From Candidatus Poribacteria bacterium (GTDB lineage Bacteria > Poribacteria > WGA-4E > GCA-2687025), in assembly GCA_963665845.2 (NCBI GenBank), contig OY762492.1, positions 1,184,001-1,248,000 on the forward strand: DNA of 64,000 nucleotides. The letters run 5' to 3'. Each line of letters starts with the position of its first letter. Within the stretch, counting starts at the first letter, position 1. The translations under genes were made by a program, and so were the position numbers. Under the pieces are notes generated by a model. It had not been told where the DNA came from and made no database searches. It saw only the letters and a list, made by a program, of their open reading frames with translations. Positions 9,529 to 22,333 of this stretch are shown here, one piece after another.

Positions 9529-10281
9529 ATGTTGACAAATAAGCAGGCGGAGCGTTACAGGCGCGAGGGTTATCTGTCCGGCTTGAGGATTGCGCCGCCG
9601 GCGGACGCCGCGCGGTATCAGGCGGAATTTGACCGCATTGAAAAAGCGGAGGGGCGCGAAAAATGCCAGATCGGGATTTTGGACAGGCATTTTGAGGAGC
9701 CGTTTATATGGGAGCTGGCGTCTCATCCGCGCGTTTTGGACTGCGTCGAAGCGCTGATTGGGCGGGATATTCTGCTCATGGCGACGCACGCCTTTTGCAA
9801 GTACGGCGATCCGAACGCCAGCAACTTTGTCGCGTGGCATCAGGACGTTACATACTGGGGCTTAGAGCCGCCCAGCGCTATCACCGCCTGGTACGCCATT
9901 GACGACAGCGGGGTTGAAAACGGGTGCATGCGCGCCGTGCCGAGGTCGCATCTGAACGGCGTTCTGGAGCATGGCGTCTCCAAAGAGAAAGGCAACCTGC
10001 TCAGCGTCAATCAGGAGGTTGCCGTCTCAAAAGAGGAGGAGAGTGGAGCCGTCGATTTTGTGTTAAAAGCGGGCGAAATCTCGCTCCATGACGGGCGGCT
10101 CGTCCACGGCAGCCGACCGAACCGCTCCAACCGCCGGCGGTGCGGCATGACGCTGCGCTACATCTCCCCCGACGTCCGCCAGACGATTCGCAACTCGCAT
10201 GGGCGCGGCTGGAAGGTCGTACTCGTCCGCGGCGACGACCGATACGGCCATTGGGACCTCCAAAACGCCCCTTTTTCGTAG
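9529..10281 (+). CDS. Phytanoyl-CoA dioxygenase (PhyH) family Fe(II)/2OG oxygenase
   Basis: WHQD, ENGCM, HGS.PN.S.RRR motifs. Confidence 0.92.
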   Translation: MLTNKQAERYRREGYLSGLRIAPPADAARYQAEFDRIEKAEGREKCQIGILDRHFEEPFIWELASHPRVLDCVEALIGRDILLMATHAFCKYGDPNASNFVAWHQDVTYWGLEPPSAITAWYAIDDSGVENGCMRAVPRSHLNGVLEHGVSKEKGNLLSVNQEVAVSKEEESGAVDFVLKAGEISLHDGRLVHGSRPNRSNRRRCGMTLRYISPDVRQTIRNSHGRGWKVVLVRGDDRYGHWDLQNAPFS

Positions 10282-10287
10282 ACGGCG

Positions 10288-11043
10288 ATGCGGCTGACAG
10301 CTCAAGAACGCCGAACTCTCGCGGCAACGCTCGGCGACAAGCCGACGACGGTCATTCCCGTTGCCCGGCTGATGCAGGGCAGATGCGCCGCCTACGCCGC
10401 CGGCCGGTTGACGAAGCCGCTTGCCGCGCTGGTCGTGAGCGAATACGCGCCTGAAGAGCCGTTCGCTTACGGAACCGACGCCGGCGCCGTATGGAGCCTC
10501 TTGAAGGCGGTGGACGGATGGGCATGCGTGGACGCGCCGTCTCAACTGGCGGAGCCTATCGGTCGGCTGATAGAGGCGGAGACGGGCGCGCCCGTTCAAT
10601 ATTACGCCGATCTGTACCATGCGCTGCTGAAACCTGTTGAGCGGCATGTTAACGAACACGCGCGCTGTTTGACGCTGTCGGACGCGCCGCTCATCCTGAA
10701 CGCGCCCGCTGAAATACAAGGCGCCGGCTATGAATCGCCCGAAGCGATGCTGACAGACGGCGTCGCCGCTGGAGCCGTTGTGGAGGGGCGGCTGGTTGCC
10801 ATCGCGCACACCTACGCTGAAACGGAACGGCATGCGGACATCGGCGTGTCCACTCTGGAGCCGTGGCGGGGGAGAGGTTTTGCGACCGCGGCGGCGTCGC
10901 TTGCCGCGCAGGAGATACAGGCAAGAGGCAAGACGCCTGTCTGGAGCTGCGGAGCCGACAACGCCGCTTCGTTGAGGGTCGCGCAAAAACTGGGCTTTGA
11001 AAAGGTTGATGAACGAACCTATGCGATCCCGACGCGCCGTTGA
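10288..11043 (+). CDS. GNAT family acetyltransferase
   Basis: WRGRGFA acetyl-CoA motif A; N.AS.RVA.KLGF. Confidence 0.88.
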   Translation: MRLTAQERRTLAATLGDKPTTVIPVARLMQGRCAAYAAGRLTKPLAALVVSEYAPEEPFAYGTDAGAVWSLLKAVDGWACVDAPSQLAEPIGRLIEAETGAPVQYYADLYHALLKPVERHVNEHARCLTLSDAPLILNAPAEIQGAGYESPEAMLTDGVAAGAVVEGRLVAIAHTYAETERHADIGVSTLEPWRGRGFATAAASLAAQEIQARGKTPVWSCGADNAASLRVAQKLGFEKVDERTYAIPTRR

Positions 11044-11122
11044 CATGAAGCCTCATCAACCGACGACTCATTATATAAGGGTTTGGCGCGGGAACGGCAA
11101 ACCCGCCCCCGCGCGCCCTCCT

Positions 11123-11198
11123 GTCATTCCCGCGTAAGCGGGAATCTAGAGACTGACCCGAACCGATCAAATCTCCAACCCCTTTCAAGTGGGGGATC
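11123..11198. repeat. REP-like hairpins (family B GTCATTCCCGCGnAAGCGGGAATC plus degenerate family C) between convergent genes
   Basis: Same palindrome at 44813, 54792, 58728, 60070 and inside the MITEs. Confidence 0.75.
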
Positions 11199-11207
11199 CG
11201 CTATGTC

Positions 11208-14200
11208 CTATTTCAACACAATCATGCGCCGAAGCCCCGTGAACGAACCCGCCTCAATGCGGACATAATAAATGCCGCTGGCGACAGGTTCGCCCAGGCT
11301 GTTCCGTCCGTCCCAATGGGCGGCTTTGGCGCGGCTGCGGTAGGCGCCCGCCGGCAACTGCCCAAGCTCCAACACGCGCACGGTTTGACCTGACGAGTTG
11401 TAGATCGTCACCCTCACGCGGCTTGAATCTGTCAACTCAAACGGGATCCAGGTTTCTGGGTTGAACGGGTTTGGGTAGTTCGGAAGCAGCGCCGGCTCGC
11501 TCGGTATGGCGGTCGCCAGCAGTTTGCCGATGTCCATGCGCCCCGAGGCGACAGACTCCTTGTCCAGAACGACGCGAACCGTTTGAACGCCGCCGAATGT
11601 CCCGCTCGAATCGAACACACGCAGATCAAAAGCGTCGCCGATGGCGTAGCTGTCCCCTGTCAACGCCAGAAGCGGCAGCGAGAAACGGCCAGAAATGGAG
11701 CCGCTGCCCGCCAGGTCAGACGCTGTCTGTCCAGTCTGCAGGTTCGCAATGGAAATCTCTAACCCGTTCAGCGGCGCGAGATTGTCCTCCCGCGCGACGG
11801 AACCCTCCACCACAAGAAGCGGCGTTGAGGACGGGTCGTACGCGACCGCCTCCGCGGACGCAGCGGCAGTCGCCGCGTCGTTTGACCATGCGGAGCCGTC
11901 GAAGGTCAAGACGGTTTCCGCTGCCGCCACGATAAAATAACCGTCGCCGCCCTTCGCCGCGTCGGTCGAGTCGGTGGAGAGCTGAAAAAGGGGGCTGCCG
12001 GCATCGTCATGCTTCAAGGCAATCACGGTCAGCGGAACGGTTGAAAGATCCGCCAAATCCCCGATGGTCTCAACGGCGCCGGCGCGCGTGACGCCGATCA
12101 TATTGATGCCGGCGCGCAGCGGAACTTCAGGCTTCAAAAGGCCGCCCATGAACGTGACCGACTTGGAATTCTTCATACTCACAAGCGCGCCCGCATGATC
12201 CAACAACGCCATTTCGCCAGCGGGGCCTGGAATGCCGGTGTAAGCGGCAAATTGTCCGTCTAGTTTCTGCGTCAGAATGTAGAGAACATCGCCGCTCCCG
12301 CCCAGCTTGTTGTACAGGTCGCCAACATTCTTTAAGCCGTCCACCTTCACAGGAACATGGATCAGATTCAACCCCTTTTTGAGCTGAAGCGTAAAGGAAG
12401 TCGTAGGCGCAAGTTCAACGAAGTAAATTTTTGTGACGCTTTCATTTCCATCAGCGGCGTTGTCCGGAATGATGACAATGACAATGCCTGAGCTGGACGG
12501 CGCAATTGTCGCTGTGTAGGAAGCGCCGGAGCCTGCGAACTCGGTTACGGTCCCGTTGACCACATCAATATCCGACTCTTCGAAGCCCGCGACCGCCTGA
12601 CTGAATTCGATCTCCAATTCAAATGGACCTGTTTGCGCCCCGCTCGGACCGGAGACGGTCACAGTTGGGCGGGCTGCAGGAACTTCAATGTCGCTGATGT
12701 CCCAGATCCGAATCGTGTTGTCGTCGCTGCCGCTGGCAAGCGACTGACCATCCGGTGAATACGCCACGGAACTGACACTACCCGTATGCCCTTGGAGGGT
12801 TCGTATCAGCGCTCCCGTGTTGGCGTTCCAGATGCGTATCTCGTTAAAGCTGCCGCCGGCGATGGTCTGACCATCCGGTGAATACGCCACGGAAGCGATC
12901 AAATGCCCATGTCCTTGGAGGGTTCGTATCAGCGCTCCCGTGTTGGCGTTCCAGATGCGGATCGTGTCGCTGCCGCTGGCGATGGTCTGACCATCCGGTG
13001 AATACGCCACAGAAAAGACCGAAATCGTATGTCGGATGGTTCTGATATGCGCTCCCGTGTTGGCGTTCCAGATCCGAACCGTGTTGTCTCTGCTGCCGCT
13101 GGCGATCGTCTGGCCATCCGGTGAATATGCCACAGAAAAGACATCACCAATACGCTCTGAAAGCCTTCGTATCTGCGCTCCCGTGTTGGCGTTCCAGATA
13201 CGTATCGTGTCGTCATAGTCGCCGCTGGCGATCGTCTGACCATCCGGTGAATACGCCACAGAAAAGACCCAACTCGTATGTCCCTGGAGGGTTCGTATCT
13301 GCGCTCCTGTGTTGGCGTTCCAGATCCGAACCGTGGAGTCGTAGCTGCCGCTGGCGAGCGACTGACCGCCCGGAGAATACGCCACAGAACTGACCCAATA
13401 CGTATGTCCCTGGAGGGTTCGTATCTGCGCTCCTGTGTTGGCGTTCCAGATCCGAATCGTGTTGTCAAGGCTGCCGCTGGCGAGCGACTGACCATCCGGT
13501 GAATACGCCACAGACAAGACTGCAGCCGTATGTCCTGTAAGGACCCGCGGCCCTCCGGTATCAGCGTTGACAGAGTAGGAGTTGGAAGCGGTGTTGTTCC
13601 CCGCGGCGTTGGCGGGGACGCTCACTGTAACGGTTCCGGAGCTGGACGGCTGAATCGTCGCCGTGTAGCTTGCGCCGCTGACGGCAAGGTCGATCACCGA
13701 GCCGTTCGTCACAACGATGTCGGACGACGTGAAACCTGTGACGGCGGAGCTGAACGCGATCGTCACATTGAACGCGCCTGTTTGCGTCCCGCTCGGACCG
13801 GAGACGGTCACAGTTGGGCGGGCTGCAGGAACTTCAATGTCGCTGATGTCCCAGAGGCGTATCGTCCTGTGGCCGTCCCCGCTGGCGAGCGACTGACCAT
13901 CCGGCGCATACGCTACGGAATTGACATCTCCCGCATGACCTGTAAGCGTTCGTATGTGCGCGCCAGTGTTGGCGTTCCAGATGCGTATCTTGGCGTCGTA
14001 GCCGCCGCTGGCGATCGTCTGACCATCCGGTGAATACGCCACAGACCTGACCCCATCCGTATGCCCTGTAAGCGTTCGTATCTGCGCTCCCGTGTTGGTG
14101 TTCCAGATGCGTATGCCTCTCCAGTTGCCGCTGGCGATCGTTTGACCATCCGGTGAATACGCCACAGAATAGACAGCAATCGTATCTCCTGTCAGCGTTC

Positions 14201-17200
14201 GTATCAGCGCTCCCGTGTTGGCGTTCCAGATGCGTATCGCGCCGTCATAGCTGCCGCTGGCGATCGTTTGACCATCCGGTGAATAAGCCACGGAACTGAC
14301 ACCATTCGTATGCCCTGTCAGCGTTCGTATCAGCGCTCCCGTGCTGGCGTTCCAGATGCGCATCGTGTTGTCGCGGCTGCCGCTGGCGATGGTCTGACCA
14401 TCCGGTGAATACGCCACGGAAAGGACCCGATCTGTATGTCCCTGGATGGTTCGTATCTGCGCGCCTGTGCTGGCGTTCCAGATGCGTATCCTGCCTCCCC
14501 AGCTGCCGCTGGCGATCGTCTGGCCGTCCGGTGAATACGCCACGGACGAGACACCAGACGTATGCCCTGTCAGCTCTCGTATCTGCGCTCCCGTGTTGGG
14601 GTTCCATATGCGTATCGAGCTGCTGGAGCTGGCGAGCGACTGACCATCCGGTGAATACGTCACGGAAAAGACACCGCCGTTATGGGCTGTCCAGACTCGC
14701 GGCCCTCCGGTTTCAGCGTTGACAGAGTAGGCGCTGGAGGCGGTGTTGTTCCCCGCGGCGTTGGCGGGAACTCTCACTGTAACGGCTCCGGAGCTGGACG
14801 GCTGAATCGTCGCCGTGTAGGATGCGCCGCTGCCGGTCAAGCTTGTCACGGAGCCGTTCGTCACAACGATGTCGGACGACGTGAAACCTGTGACGGCGGA
14901 GCTGAACGCGATCGTCACATTGAACGCGCCTGTTTGCGTACCGCTCGGACCAGACACGGTTGCCGTTGGGCGGGCTGCAGGAACTTCAATGTCGCTGATG
15001 TCCCAGATCCGAACCGTGTTGTCGTCGCTGCCGCTGGCGAGCGACCGACCGTCCGGTGAATACGCCACGGTACGCGCCACAGCCGTATGCCCTGTAAGCG
15101 TTCGTATCAGCGCGCCAGTATTGGCGTTCCAGATCTGTACTATACCTCCCCCACTGTTGCTGCCCCCGCCGCCGGCGATCGTCTGACCGTCCGGAGAATA
15201 CGTCACAGAAAAGACAGCTCTATGCTGTTGAGTTTGGAGATGCGCTCCCGTGTTGGCGTTCCAGATGCGGATCGGCGGGTTGCCGCCGCTGCCGCTGACG
15301 ATCGTCTGACCATCCGGCGCATACGCCACGGACAAGACATTGCCCGTATGTCCTGAAAGCGTTCGTATCTGCGCGCCAGTGTTGGCGTTCCAGATGCGGA
15401 TCGCGGCGTCGTAGTCGCTGCTGGCGATCGTCTGACCATCCGGCGCATACGCCACGGAACTGACCCAATCCGTATGTCCCTGAAGGGTTCGTATCAGCGC
15501 TCCTGTGTTGGCGTTCCAGATGCGTATCGTGTTGTCCCAGCTGCCGCTGGCGATGGTCTGACCATCCGGAGAATACGCCACGGAACTGATGTGACTTGTA
15601 TGCCCTTGGAGAGTTCGTATCAGCGCTCCTGTGTTGGCGTTCCAGATGCGTATCGTCTTGTCAACGCTGCCGCTGGCGATCGTCTGACCATTCGGAGAAT
15701 ACGCCACTGACATGACATAATGTGTATGCCCTGTCAGAGTTCGTATCAGCGCTCCCGTGTTGGCGTTCCAGATGCGTATCGTGCGGTCGCTGCTGGCGCT
15801 GGCGATCGTCTGACCGTTCGGTGAATACGCCACAGACACGACTCCATCCGTATGCCCTGTCAGGACCCGCGGTCCTCCGGTATCAGCGTTGGCAGAGTAG
15901 GTATTGGAAGCGGTGTTGTTCCCCGCGGCGTTGGCGGGGACGCTCACCGTAACAGTTCCGGAGCTGGACGGTTGAATCGTCGCCGTGTAGCTTGCCCCGC
16001 TGCCGGTAAAGCTTGTCACGGAGCCGTTCGTCACAACGATGTCGGACGATGTGAAATCCGTGACGGCGGAGCTGAATGAGATCGTCACATTGAACGCGCC
16101 TGTTTGCGTCCCGCTCGGACCGGAGACGGTCACAGTTGGGCGGGTTGCAGGAACTTCAATGTCGCTGATGTCCCAGATGCGTATCGTTCTGTCGCGACTG
16201 CAGCTGGCGAGCGACTGACCATTCGGCGCATACGCCACAGAAAGGACCCAATCCGTATGTCCCTGGAGGGTTCTGATATGCGCTCCTGTGTTGGCGTTCC
16301 AGATGCGTATCGTATCGTCAATGCTGCCGCTGGCGATCGTCTGACCATCCGGCGCATACGCCACAGAATTGACCCAATCAGTATGTCCCTGGAGGGTTCG
16401 TATCAGCGCTCCTGTGTTGGCGTTCCAGATGCGTATCGTATCGTCGTCGCTGCCGCTGGCGATCGTCTGACCATCCGGCGCATACGCCACGGAATAGATA
16501 AAACGCCCATGTCCTTGGAGGGTTCTGATATGCGCTCCTGTGTTGGCGTTCCAGATCCGGATCGTGTTGTCAAGGCTGCCGCTGGCGAGCGACTGACCAT
16601 CCGGCGCATACGCCGCGGACCTGACCACACCCGTATGCCCTGTAAGCGTTCGTATCAGCGCGCCAGTGTTGGCGTTCCAGATCCGAACCGTGTTGTCGTA
16701 TCTGCCGCTGGCGATCGTCTGACCATCCGGTGAATACGCCACAGAACTGACCCGAACTGTATGCCCCTGGAGGGTTTGTATATGCGCTCCCGTGTTGGCG
16801 TTCCAGATCCGGATCGTGTTGTCAAGGCTGCCGCTGGCGATCGACTGACCATCCGGCGCATACGCCACAGACAAGACATAATCCGTATGCCCTTGGAGGG
16901 TTCGTATATGCGCGCCAGTGTTGGCGTTCCAGATGCGTATCGTGTTGTCCCAGCCGCTGCTGGCGATCGTCTGACCGTTCGGTGAATACGCCACAGACAC
17001 GACTCCATCCGTATGCCCTGTCAGGACCCGCGGCCCTCCGGTTTCAGCGTTGACAGAGTAGGTATTGGAAGCGGTGTTGTTCCCCGCGGCGTTGGCGGGG
17101 ACGCTCACCGTAACGGCTCCGGAGCTGGATGGCTGAATGGTCGCCGTGTAGCTGGCGCCGCTGCCGGTCAAGCTTGTCACGGAGCCGTTTGTCACAGTGA

Positions 17201-18314
17201 TGTCGGACGACGTGAAACCTGTGACGGCGGAGCTGAACGCGATCGTCACATTGAACGCGCTTGTTTGCGTCCCGCTCGGACCGGACACGGTTGCCGTTGG
17301 GGTGATGTCCCAGAGGCGTATCGTGTTGTCGCCGCCGCCGCTGGCGATCGTCTCACCATCCGGTGAATACGCCACGGAACTGATGTGACTTGTATGTCCT
17401 TGGAGGGTTCTAATATGCGCTCCTGTGCTGGCGTTCCATATCCGAATCGTGTTTTCACTGCCGCCGCTGGCGATCGTTTCACCATCCGGCGCATACGCCA
17501 CGGAATTGACGGTAAAAATCGTAGGTCCTTGGAGGGTTCGTATCAGCGCGCCTGTGTTGGCGTTCCAGAGCCGAACCGTGGAGTCCCAGCTGCCGCTGGC
17601 GAGCGTCTGACCATCCGGAGAATATGCCACGGACCAGACATCATCCCCATGCCCTGTCAGCGTTCGTATCAGCGCTCCCGTGCTGGCGTTCCAGAGCCGA
17701 ACCGTGGTGTCGTAGCCCCCGCTGGCGATTGCCTGACCATCCGGAGAATACGTCAAGGATTGGACCCGATCTGTATGTCCTGTCAGCGTTCTGATATGCG
17801 CTCCTGTGCTGGCGTTCCAGAGCCGAATCTTGGAGTCGAAGCCGCCGCTGGCGAGCGTCTGACCATCCGGTGAATACGCTAAGGACAAGACTCCGTTCGT
17901 ATGTCCTGTCAGCGTTCTGATATGCGCTCCCGTGCTGGCGTTCCAGATACGAATCGTGGATTCGTTGTCGTTGTCGCTGCCGCTGGCGATGGTCTGACCA
18001 TCCGGCGAGTACGCTACGGGTCTGACCGTACTCGTATGCCCTGTCAGCGTTCTGATATGCGCTGCTGTGTTGGCGTTCCAGATGCGAACCGTGTTGTCGT
18101 AGCTGCCGCTGGCGATGGTCTGACCATCCGGCGAATACGCCACGGACACTACAACACCTGTATGCCCTGTCAGGACCTGTTGCGCGCTGCTGTTTTCAGC
18201 AACGAGGCAGACGCTCAGAAGCGCAGCCGCTAGGACAGCGGACCAAGCGGGGGTTACGTCACGTGTGAATTTCATGTGCGCGACACTCTTGATGTTGAAT
18301 CTGTGGAACCTCAT
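11208..18314 (-). CDS. Giant secreted WD40 protein: signal peptide, 5x[7-blade WD40 propeller + Ig-like domain], C-terminal FlgD-Ig/T9SS-type sorting domain
   Basis: 35 GH...[19 protein letters not shown] repeats; Ig spacers [31 protein letters not shown]; tail [19 protein letters not shown]...WDGRN..GE.VASGIY. Confidence 0.93.
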   Translation of the reverse strand: MRFHRFNIKSVAHMKFTRDVTPAWSAVLAAALLSVCLVAENSSAQQVLTGHTGVVVSVAYSPDGQTIASGSYDNTVRIWNANTAAHIRTLTGHTSTVRPVAYSPDGQTIASGSDNDNESTIRIWNASTGAHIRTLTGHTNGVLSLAYSPDGQTLASGGFDSKIRLWNASTGAHIRTLTGHTDRVQSLTYSPDGQAIASGGYDTTVRLWNASTGALIRTLTGHGDDVWSVAYSPDGQTLASGSWDSTVRLWNANTGALIRTLQGPTIFTVNSVAYAPDGETIASGGSENTIRIWNASTGAHIRTLQGHTSHISSVAYSPDGETIASGGGDNTIRLWDITPTATVSGPSGTQTSAFNVTIAFSSAVTGFTSSDITVTNGSVTSLTGSGASYTATIQPSSSGAVTVSVPANAAGNNTASNTYSVNAETGGPRVLTGHTDGVVSVAYSPNGQTIASSGWDNTIRIWNANTGAHIRTLQGHTDYVLSVAYAPDGQSIASGSLDNTIRIWNANTGAHIQTLQGHTVRVSSVAYSPDGQTIASGRYDNTVRIWNANTGALIRTLTGHTGVVRSAAYAPDGQSLASGSLDNTIRIWNANTGAHIRTLQGHGRFIYSVAYAPDGQTIASGSDDDTIRIWNANTGALIRTLQGHTDWVNSVAYAPDGQTIASGSIDDTIRIWNANTGAHIRTLQGHTDWVLSVAYAPNGQSLASCSRDRTIRIWDISDIEVPATRPTVTVSGPSGTQTGAFNVTISFSSAVTDFTSSDIVVTNGSVTSFTGSGASYTATIQPSSSGTVTVSVPANAAGNNTASNTYSANADTGGPRVLTGHTDGVVSVAYSPNGQTIASASSDRTIRIWNANTGALIRTLTGHTHYVMSVAYSPNGQTIASGSVDKTIRIWNANTGALIRTLQGHTSHISSVAYSPDGQTIASGSWDNTIRIWNANTGALIRTLQGHTDWVSSVAYAPDGQTIASSDYDAAIRIWNANTGAQIRTLSGHTGNVLSVAYAPDGQTIVSGSGGNPPIRIWNANTGAHLQTQQHRAVFSVTYSPDGQTIAGGGGSNSGGGIVQIWNANTGALIRTLTGHTAVARTVAYSPDGRSLASGSDDNTVRIWDISDIEVPAARPTATVSGPSGTQTGAFNVTIAFSSAVTGFTSSDIVVTNGSVTSLTGSGASYTATIQPSSSGAVTVRVPANAAGNNTASSAYSVNAETGGPRVWTAHNGGVFSVTYSPDGQSLASSSSSIRIWNPNTGAQIRELTGHTSGVSSVAYSPDGQTIASGSWGGRIRIWNASTGAQIRTIQGHTDRVLSVAYSPDGQTIASGSRDNTMRIWNASTGALIRTLTGHTNGVSSVAYSPDGQTIASGSYDGAIRIWNANTGALIRTLTGDTIAVYSVAYSPDGQTIASGNWRGIRIWNTNTGAQIRTLTGHTDGVRSVAYSPDGQTIASGGYDAKIRIWNANTGAHIRTLTGHAGDVNSVAYAPDGQSLASGDGHRTIRLWDISDIEVPAARPTVTVSGPSGTQTGAFNVTIAFSSAVTGFTSSDIVVTNGSVIDLAVSGASYTATIQPSSSGTVTVSVPANAAGNNTASNSYSVNADTGGPRVLTGHTAAVLSVAYSPDGQSLASGSLDNTIRIWNANTGAQIRTLQGHTYWVSSVAYSPGGQSLASGSYDSTVRIWNANTGAQIRTLQGHTSWVFSVAYSPDGQTIASGDYDDTIRIWNANTGAQIRRLSERIGDVFSVAYSPDGQTIASGSRDNTVRIWNANTGAHIRTIRHTISVFSVAYSPDGQTIASGSDTIRIWNANTGALIRTLQGHGHLIASVAYSPDGQTIAGGSFNEIRIWNANTGALIRTLQGHTGSVSSVAYSPDGQSLASGSDDNTIRIWDISDIEVPAARPTVTVSGPSGAQTGPFELEIEFSQAVAGFEESDIDVVNGTVTEFAGSGASYTATIAPSSSGIVIVIIPDNAADGNESVTKIYFVELAPTTSFTLQLKKGLNLIHVPVKVDGLKNVGDLYNKLGGSGDVLYILTQKLDGQFAAYTGIPGPAGEMALLDHAGALVSMKNSKSVTFMGGLLKPEVPLRAGINMIGVTRAGAVETIGDLADLSTVPLTVIALKHDDAGSPLFQLSTDSTDAAKGGDGYFIVAAAETVLTFDGSAWSNDAATAAASAEAVAYDPSSTPLLVVEGSVAREDNLAPLNGLEISIANLQTGQTASDLAGSGSISGRFSLPLLALTGDSYAIGDAFDLRVFDSSGTFGGVQTVRVVLDKESVASGRMDIGKLLATAIPSEPALLPNYPNPFNPETWIPFELTDSSRVRVTIYNSSGQTVRVLELGQLPAGAYRSRAKAAHWDGRNSLGEPVASGIYYVRIEAGSFTGLRRMIVLK

Positions 18315-18457
18315 TTATGCGGCTCTCCTCTCGAGTTGCCTGTGCGCAAACCAGTGTAACGCCGGCATCAGCCGGAACGATTGCATTAGAGTATAACACA
18401 TGCGGGGGAGGGTATGCATCCAAAACGGCTGGGCAGTTTTAAAGGGAAAGGAAGAAA

Positions 18458-20104
18458 ATGCGCGCCTCATACGCCCATCGAATGCGGCAGCCGAACGCGA
18501 TGAAAACGGAGAGTTATCTGTACGGCGTCGAAACACTGAACGGGCATGACGCATGGAAGCTCATGAAGGCATGCGCCGCCGGCGACGAGAACGCCGTTGA
18601 ACAGCTGCTTCAAAAAGACGCGCGCCTTGTGAACGCGCAGTACTGGTATCAGCATCCGATCCATTTTGCCGTTCGAGAGGGGCATGCCGATCTTGTCCAA
18701 ATGCTGCTGGACGCCGGCGCGGAGCCTGGGCGGTCGCGTTATATGTACCGCGCATGGCGGTATTTATTAGAAGAAGCGGCGCAGCGCGACTACGGCGCCG
18801 TACGCGAATTGCTTGAAGCAGAAATGAAGCGTCGATACGGGTACGACCGCGATTTTGAATCGCTCGCCGAGGCGATTCGAGAGCGCGACCGAACAACCGT
18901 TGAGCGCCTTGTGAACGAGAACCCGCGCCTCCTCCATGCCGCCGACGCGGACGGAAACAACGCGCTCCACTGGGCGGCGCATACGATACAGCTGGAACTG
19001 ATCGACCTGTTCATCGGGCTTGGCGTCGACATGAACGCGCGGCGCGCCGACGGACAAACCCCCGCCATGACCGCCATGAACGGCGACTACTGGCATCGGC
19101 GGTGGAAGTTATTGCCGAAAGGCGCGCTCAAAGATGAACGGCGCGCCGTTGAGCGTCTTCTTCAGCGCGGCGCCGAATATGAGCTGTCCGCCGCAATTCA
19201 TATGAAAGACGCGGCGCGCGTCCATGAGCTGTTGAAGGCGCGCCCTGCGCTTGCGCGTCAGATCGATTCCTCGCATAGAAGCCCGCTGTTTTATGCGGCG
19301 CGCGCCCAGCAAACCGACATCGCCGATACGTTATTAAAAGCGGGCGCCGATCCAAGCGCGCCTGAAACGTTGGCGCCGCGCGGGCGCGCCCTCCATGAAG
19401 CCGCCGCGCAAAGCCGAGTCAAATTGACGCGCCTGCTCCTTGAACACGGCGCCGACCCGAATAGCGATGTCGATTCGTCAGGAAACGCGCTCTTCATCTC
19501 CCAAAACAACAACCCCGACGGACCCGCCGGCGAACAGGTACGGCAACTTCTGATCCAGTACGGCGCTGCGAAGGCTCCATACGATATGTCTCTTGAGGAG
19601 CTGACAGCGGCGCTGCATTCCGACAATCCGCCGCTGCATGATGAGCAGTTTGTCAGCTCCGTCTATGAAACGGACGACGAGGAGGCGGTTCAAACGCTCA
19701 TTGAAAAATATCCTGAAGCGCTGGATATGCTGCCGATCGTCGGGGCGCGTTACCCCTCTTCAACAAACCTAGCGGCGCTCTTAGACGCCGGCGCCGACCC
19801 GAACGCCCCAGACTGGCTCGGCAAAACGGCGCTGCATTTCGCCGCGGAAAAGGGCGATCTCGAAGCCGTTCAACTGCTCATCGAGCGCGGCGCCGACATC
19901 AACGCCGTGGAGGCGGAATACCGCGCAACGCCGCTCGCCGAAGCGGCCGGCGGCGGACGGCTCGACATAGCGCGCTTGCTTTTAGAGAACGGCGCCGATC
20001 CGCATATCCCCAACGACGCCTGGGCAAGACCGATCGCATGGGCGAAGCGGAACGGGCATGCTGAAATGGAGGCGCTGCTGATGGAACGCGCCCCGCCCCG
20101 CTGA
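18458..20104 (+). CDS. Ankyrin-repeat protein
   Basis: Multiple ANK motifs (PIHFAVREGH, GNNALHWAA, GKTALHFAAEKG, TPLAEAA, GADPN); start could be 18500. Confidence 0.92.
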   Translation: MRASYAHRMRQPNAMKTESYLYGVETLNGHDAWKLMKACAAGDENAVEQLLQKDARLVNAQYWYQHPIHFAVREGHADLVQMLLDAGAEPGRSRYMYRAWRYLLEEAAQRDYGAVRELLEAEMKRRYGYDRDFESLAEAIRERDRTTVERLVNENPRLLHAADADGNNALHWAAHTIQLELIDLFIGLGVDMNARRADGQTPAMTAMNGDYWHRRWKLLPKGALKDERRAVERLLQRGAEYELSAAIHMKDAARVHELLKARPALARQIDSSHRSPLFYAARAQQTDIADTLLKAGADPSAPETLAPRGRALHEAAAQSRVKLTRLLLEHGADPNSDVDSSGNALFISQNNNPDGPAGEQVRQLLIQYGAAKAPYDMSLEELTAALHSDNPPLHDEQFVSSVYETDDEEAVQTLIEKYPEALDMLPIVGARYPSSTNLAALLDAGADPNAPDWLGKTALHFAAEKGDLEAVQLLIERGADINAVEAEYRATPLAEAAGGGRLDIARLLLENGADPHIPNDAWARPIAWAKRNGHAEMEALLMERAPPR

Positions 20105-20168
20105 CCTCTTTTTCCCATGAATAAAGACTCGGTTCGTTCAGCTGTCCCGACTTTACGCATGAGGTCAG
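20101..20168. mobile_element. Internally deleted MITE copy (family A)
   Basis: ctgacctc...ttttcccatgaataaag...tgtcccgactttacgcatgaggtcag matches the right arm of the 28417 and 31304 elements. Confidence 0.7.
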
Positions 20169-20243
20169 CCATATACCCTTTCAATTGCGCCTGCGGCGCG
20201 CTATCCTAATTAAGGCAACCGCGCTTTCAAGTGAGAGGATGAC

Positions 20244-21431
20244 ATGCTCCAAGCAGACGAAAACGGGCGTTTCGGCGAGTTTGGCGGACGCTTTGTGCCG
20301 GAAACGCTCATGCCCGCCGTGCTGGGACTGGAAGAGGCGTATCGGGAGATTCAATCGGACCCCGCCTTTGAGGAGGAGTTTCAGTTTTATCTGCGCGAAT
20401 ATGTCGGACGGCCGACGCCGCTTTATTTTGCGGAACGGCTCACCGCCGATCTGGGCGGCGCGAAAATCTATTTCAAACGCGAAGACCTGAACCATACCGG
20501 CGCCCACAAGATCAACAACGCTGTCGGACAGACGCTGCTCGCGCTGCGCATGGGCAAAAAGCGGGTCATCGCCGAGACGGGCGCCGGACAGCACGGCGTC
20601 GCGACGGCAACCGCATGCGCCAAATTCGGCGTCGAATGCGTCGTCTATATGGGCGAGGAGGACATCGAACGGCAAGCGTTGAATGTGTTTCGCATGAAGC
20701 TGCTGGGCGCGGAGGTTGTTCCTGTCTCGTCCGGCGCCGGCACCTTGAAGGACGCCATCAACAGCGCTTTTCGGGACTGGGTGACGAACGTACGTACAAC
20801 GTATTATCTTCTCGGCTCGGCATGCGGGACGCATCCGTATCCGACCATCGTGCGCGACATGCAGGCGGTCATCGGACGGGAGGCGCGCGCGCAGATACTT
20901 GAGAAGGAAGGGCGGCTTCCGGACTGCCTTTTGGCATGCGTCGGCGGCGGCAGCAACTCGATCGGCTTGTTCGCCCCGTTTTATGAAGACTCGGAGGTCG
21001 CCATGGTCGGCATCGAAGCGGGCGGAGAGGGGCTGAACAAGCGGCATGCGGCGCCGCTGACGGCAGGCTCCGTCGGCGTGTTTCACGGGGCGCGCTGCCA
21101 TCTTTTACAAGAAGCGGACGGGCAGATCACCCCTGCGCATTCGATCTCGGCGGGGCTGGATTATCCAGGCGTTGGTCCGGAGCATTCGCATTATCTGGCG
21201 ACGGGGCGCGCGCGGTATGCCGCCGTCACGGACGAGCAGGCGCTGGAGGGCTTTCAGCTGCTTTGCCGAACGGAAGGCATCATCCCTGCATTAGAGACGG
21301 CGCATGCGATCGCTTATCTTCCGCAACTGGCGCGGGAGCTTGGTCAAGGCGCTGTCGTCATCGCGAACCTGTCAGGCAGGGGGGACAAGGACACGAGCGT
21401 CGTCAGCGGCGCGTTAGGAGTCGCATTTTGA
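20244..21431 (+). CDS. trpB: Tryptophan synthase beta chain
   Basis: [18 protein letters not shown] lysine motif, [19 protein letters not shown]. Confidence 0.98.
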   Translation: MLQADENGRFGEFGGRFVPETLMPAVLGLEEAYREIQSDPAFEEEFQFYLREYVGRPTPLYFAERLTADLGGAKIYFKREDLNHTGAHKINNAVGQTLLALRMGKKRVIAETGAGQHGVATATACAKFGVECVVYMGEEDIERQALNVFRMKLLGAEVVPVSSGAGTLKDAINSAFRDWVTNVRTTYYLLGSACGTHPYPTIVRDMQAVIGREARAQILEKEGRLPDCLLACVGGGSNSIGLFAPFYEDSEVAMVGIEAGGEGLNKRHAAPLTAGSVGVFHGARCHLLQEADGQITPAHSISAGLDYPGVGPEHSHYLATGRARYAAVTDEQALEGFQLLCRTEGIIPALETAHAIAYLPQLARELGQGAVVIANLSGRGDKDTSVVSGALGVAF

Positions 21432-22228
21432 ACAGAATCGAGGCGCGGTTTGAACGGCTGCGCGCGGAAGGTCAAAAGGCGTTCATGCCGTATATCGCCG
21501 TCGGAGACCCGTCTCTCGCCGCGGCGGAGGAGATAACGCTCGCGCTGGATGAGGCGGGCGTCGATGTGATTGAGCTGGGCATACCGTTTTCCGATCCGAT
21601 TGCGGACGGACCTAGCATACAGCGGGCGTCGGAACGAGCGCTCGCGGCGGGGGCGTCGTTGGAGAAGGGGCTGCGGATGGCGGAGAAGTTAAGCCCCTCC
21701 ATGCAGTCATGCCCCGTCGTCATGTGTTACTACAACCCGATTTATCGATACGGCGTCGAGTCGTTTTGCGAGGCGGCGGCGCAGGCGGGCGTGGACGGCG
21801 TCATTGTTCCCGACCTGCCGCTGGAGGAGTCGGGAGAGCTGTACGAGGCGTCGCTGTCGCGCGGCATTGCGCTCATTTTTTTGACAGCGCCGACCAGTTC
21901 GCCGGAGCGCGCGCGGCGCATCGCGCAAAGATCGCGCGGGTTTGTGTACGCGGTGTCGCTGCTGGGCGTGACAGGCGCGCGCGCCGCGGTCAGCGCCGAC
22001 CTGGCGCCGTTGATGAAAACGCTGCGCGCCGCGACCGACAAGCCTCTCTGCGTCGGCTTCGGCGTCGGCAACGCCGAGCAGGCGAGAGCGGTCGCCCAAA
22101 TCGCAGACGGCGTCATCGTCGGCAGCGCGCTCGTCAATGTGATTGAGGCGCATATCGGCAAACCGAACCTTGTCGAGGCGGCGCAGGCGTTTGCGGTCGA
22201 ATTGAGGCGGGCGGTGAAGTCGGTTTAG
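21428..22228 (+). CDS. trpA: Tryptophan synthase alpha chain
   Basis: [26 protein letters not shown]; TTG start overlapping the trpB stop. Confidence 0.97.
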   Translation: MNRIEARFERLRAEGQKAFMPYIAVGDPSLAAAEEITLALDEAGVDVIELGIPFSDPIADGPSIQRASERALAAGASLEKGLRMAEKLSPSMQSCPVVMCYYNPIYRYGVESFCEAAAQAGVDGVIVPDLPLEESGELYEASLSRGIALIFLTAPTSSPERARRIAQRSRGFVYAVSLLGVTGARAAVSADLAPLMKTLRAATDKPLCVGFGVGNAEQARAVAQIADGVIVGSALVNVIEAHIGKPNLVEAAQAFAVELRRAVKSV

Positions 22229-22333
22229 CTGTTCAACTCGTCTTAAATGGGCGCCTCGAAGCGCAATTTCAGCCTCCATGTTGCGTTGAAACAAACGGCG
22301 CTGCGACGCTTTGGACGCATAGGACCGTTTCGG

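Noticed and set aside
12690-18180. Regular ~126-nt repeats with variable inserts, resembling a CRISPR array
   Set aside because: They are in-frame WD40 coding repeats within one 7.1-kb ORF; there are no unique spacers and no cas genes
11208-18314. Diversity-generating retroelement as the source of WD40 variability
   Set aside because: No reverse transcriptase or template/variable repeat pair in the window, and the variation includes indels and is not evidently adenine-restricted
20169-20243. trp attenuator or leader peptide
   Set aside because: No Trp-codon leader ORF or terminator/antiterminator visible in the short leader
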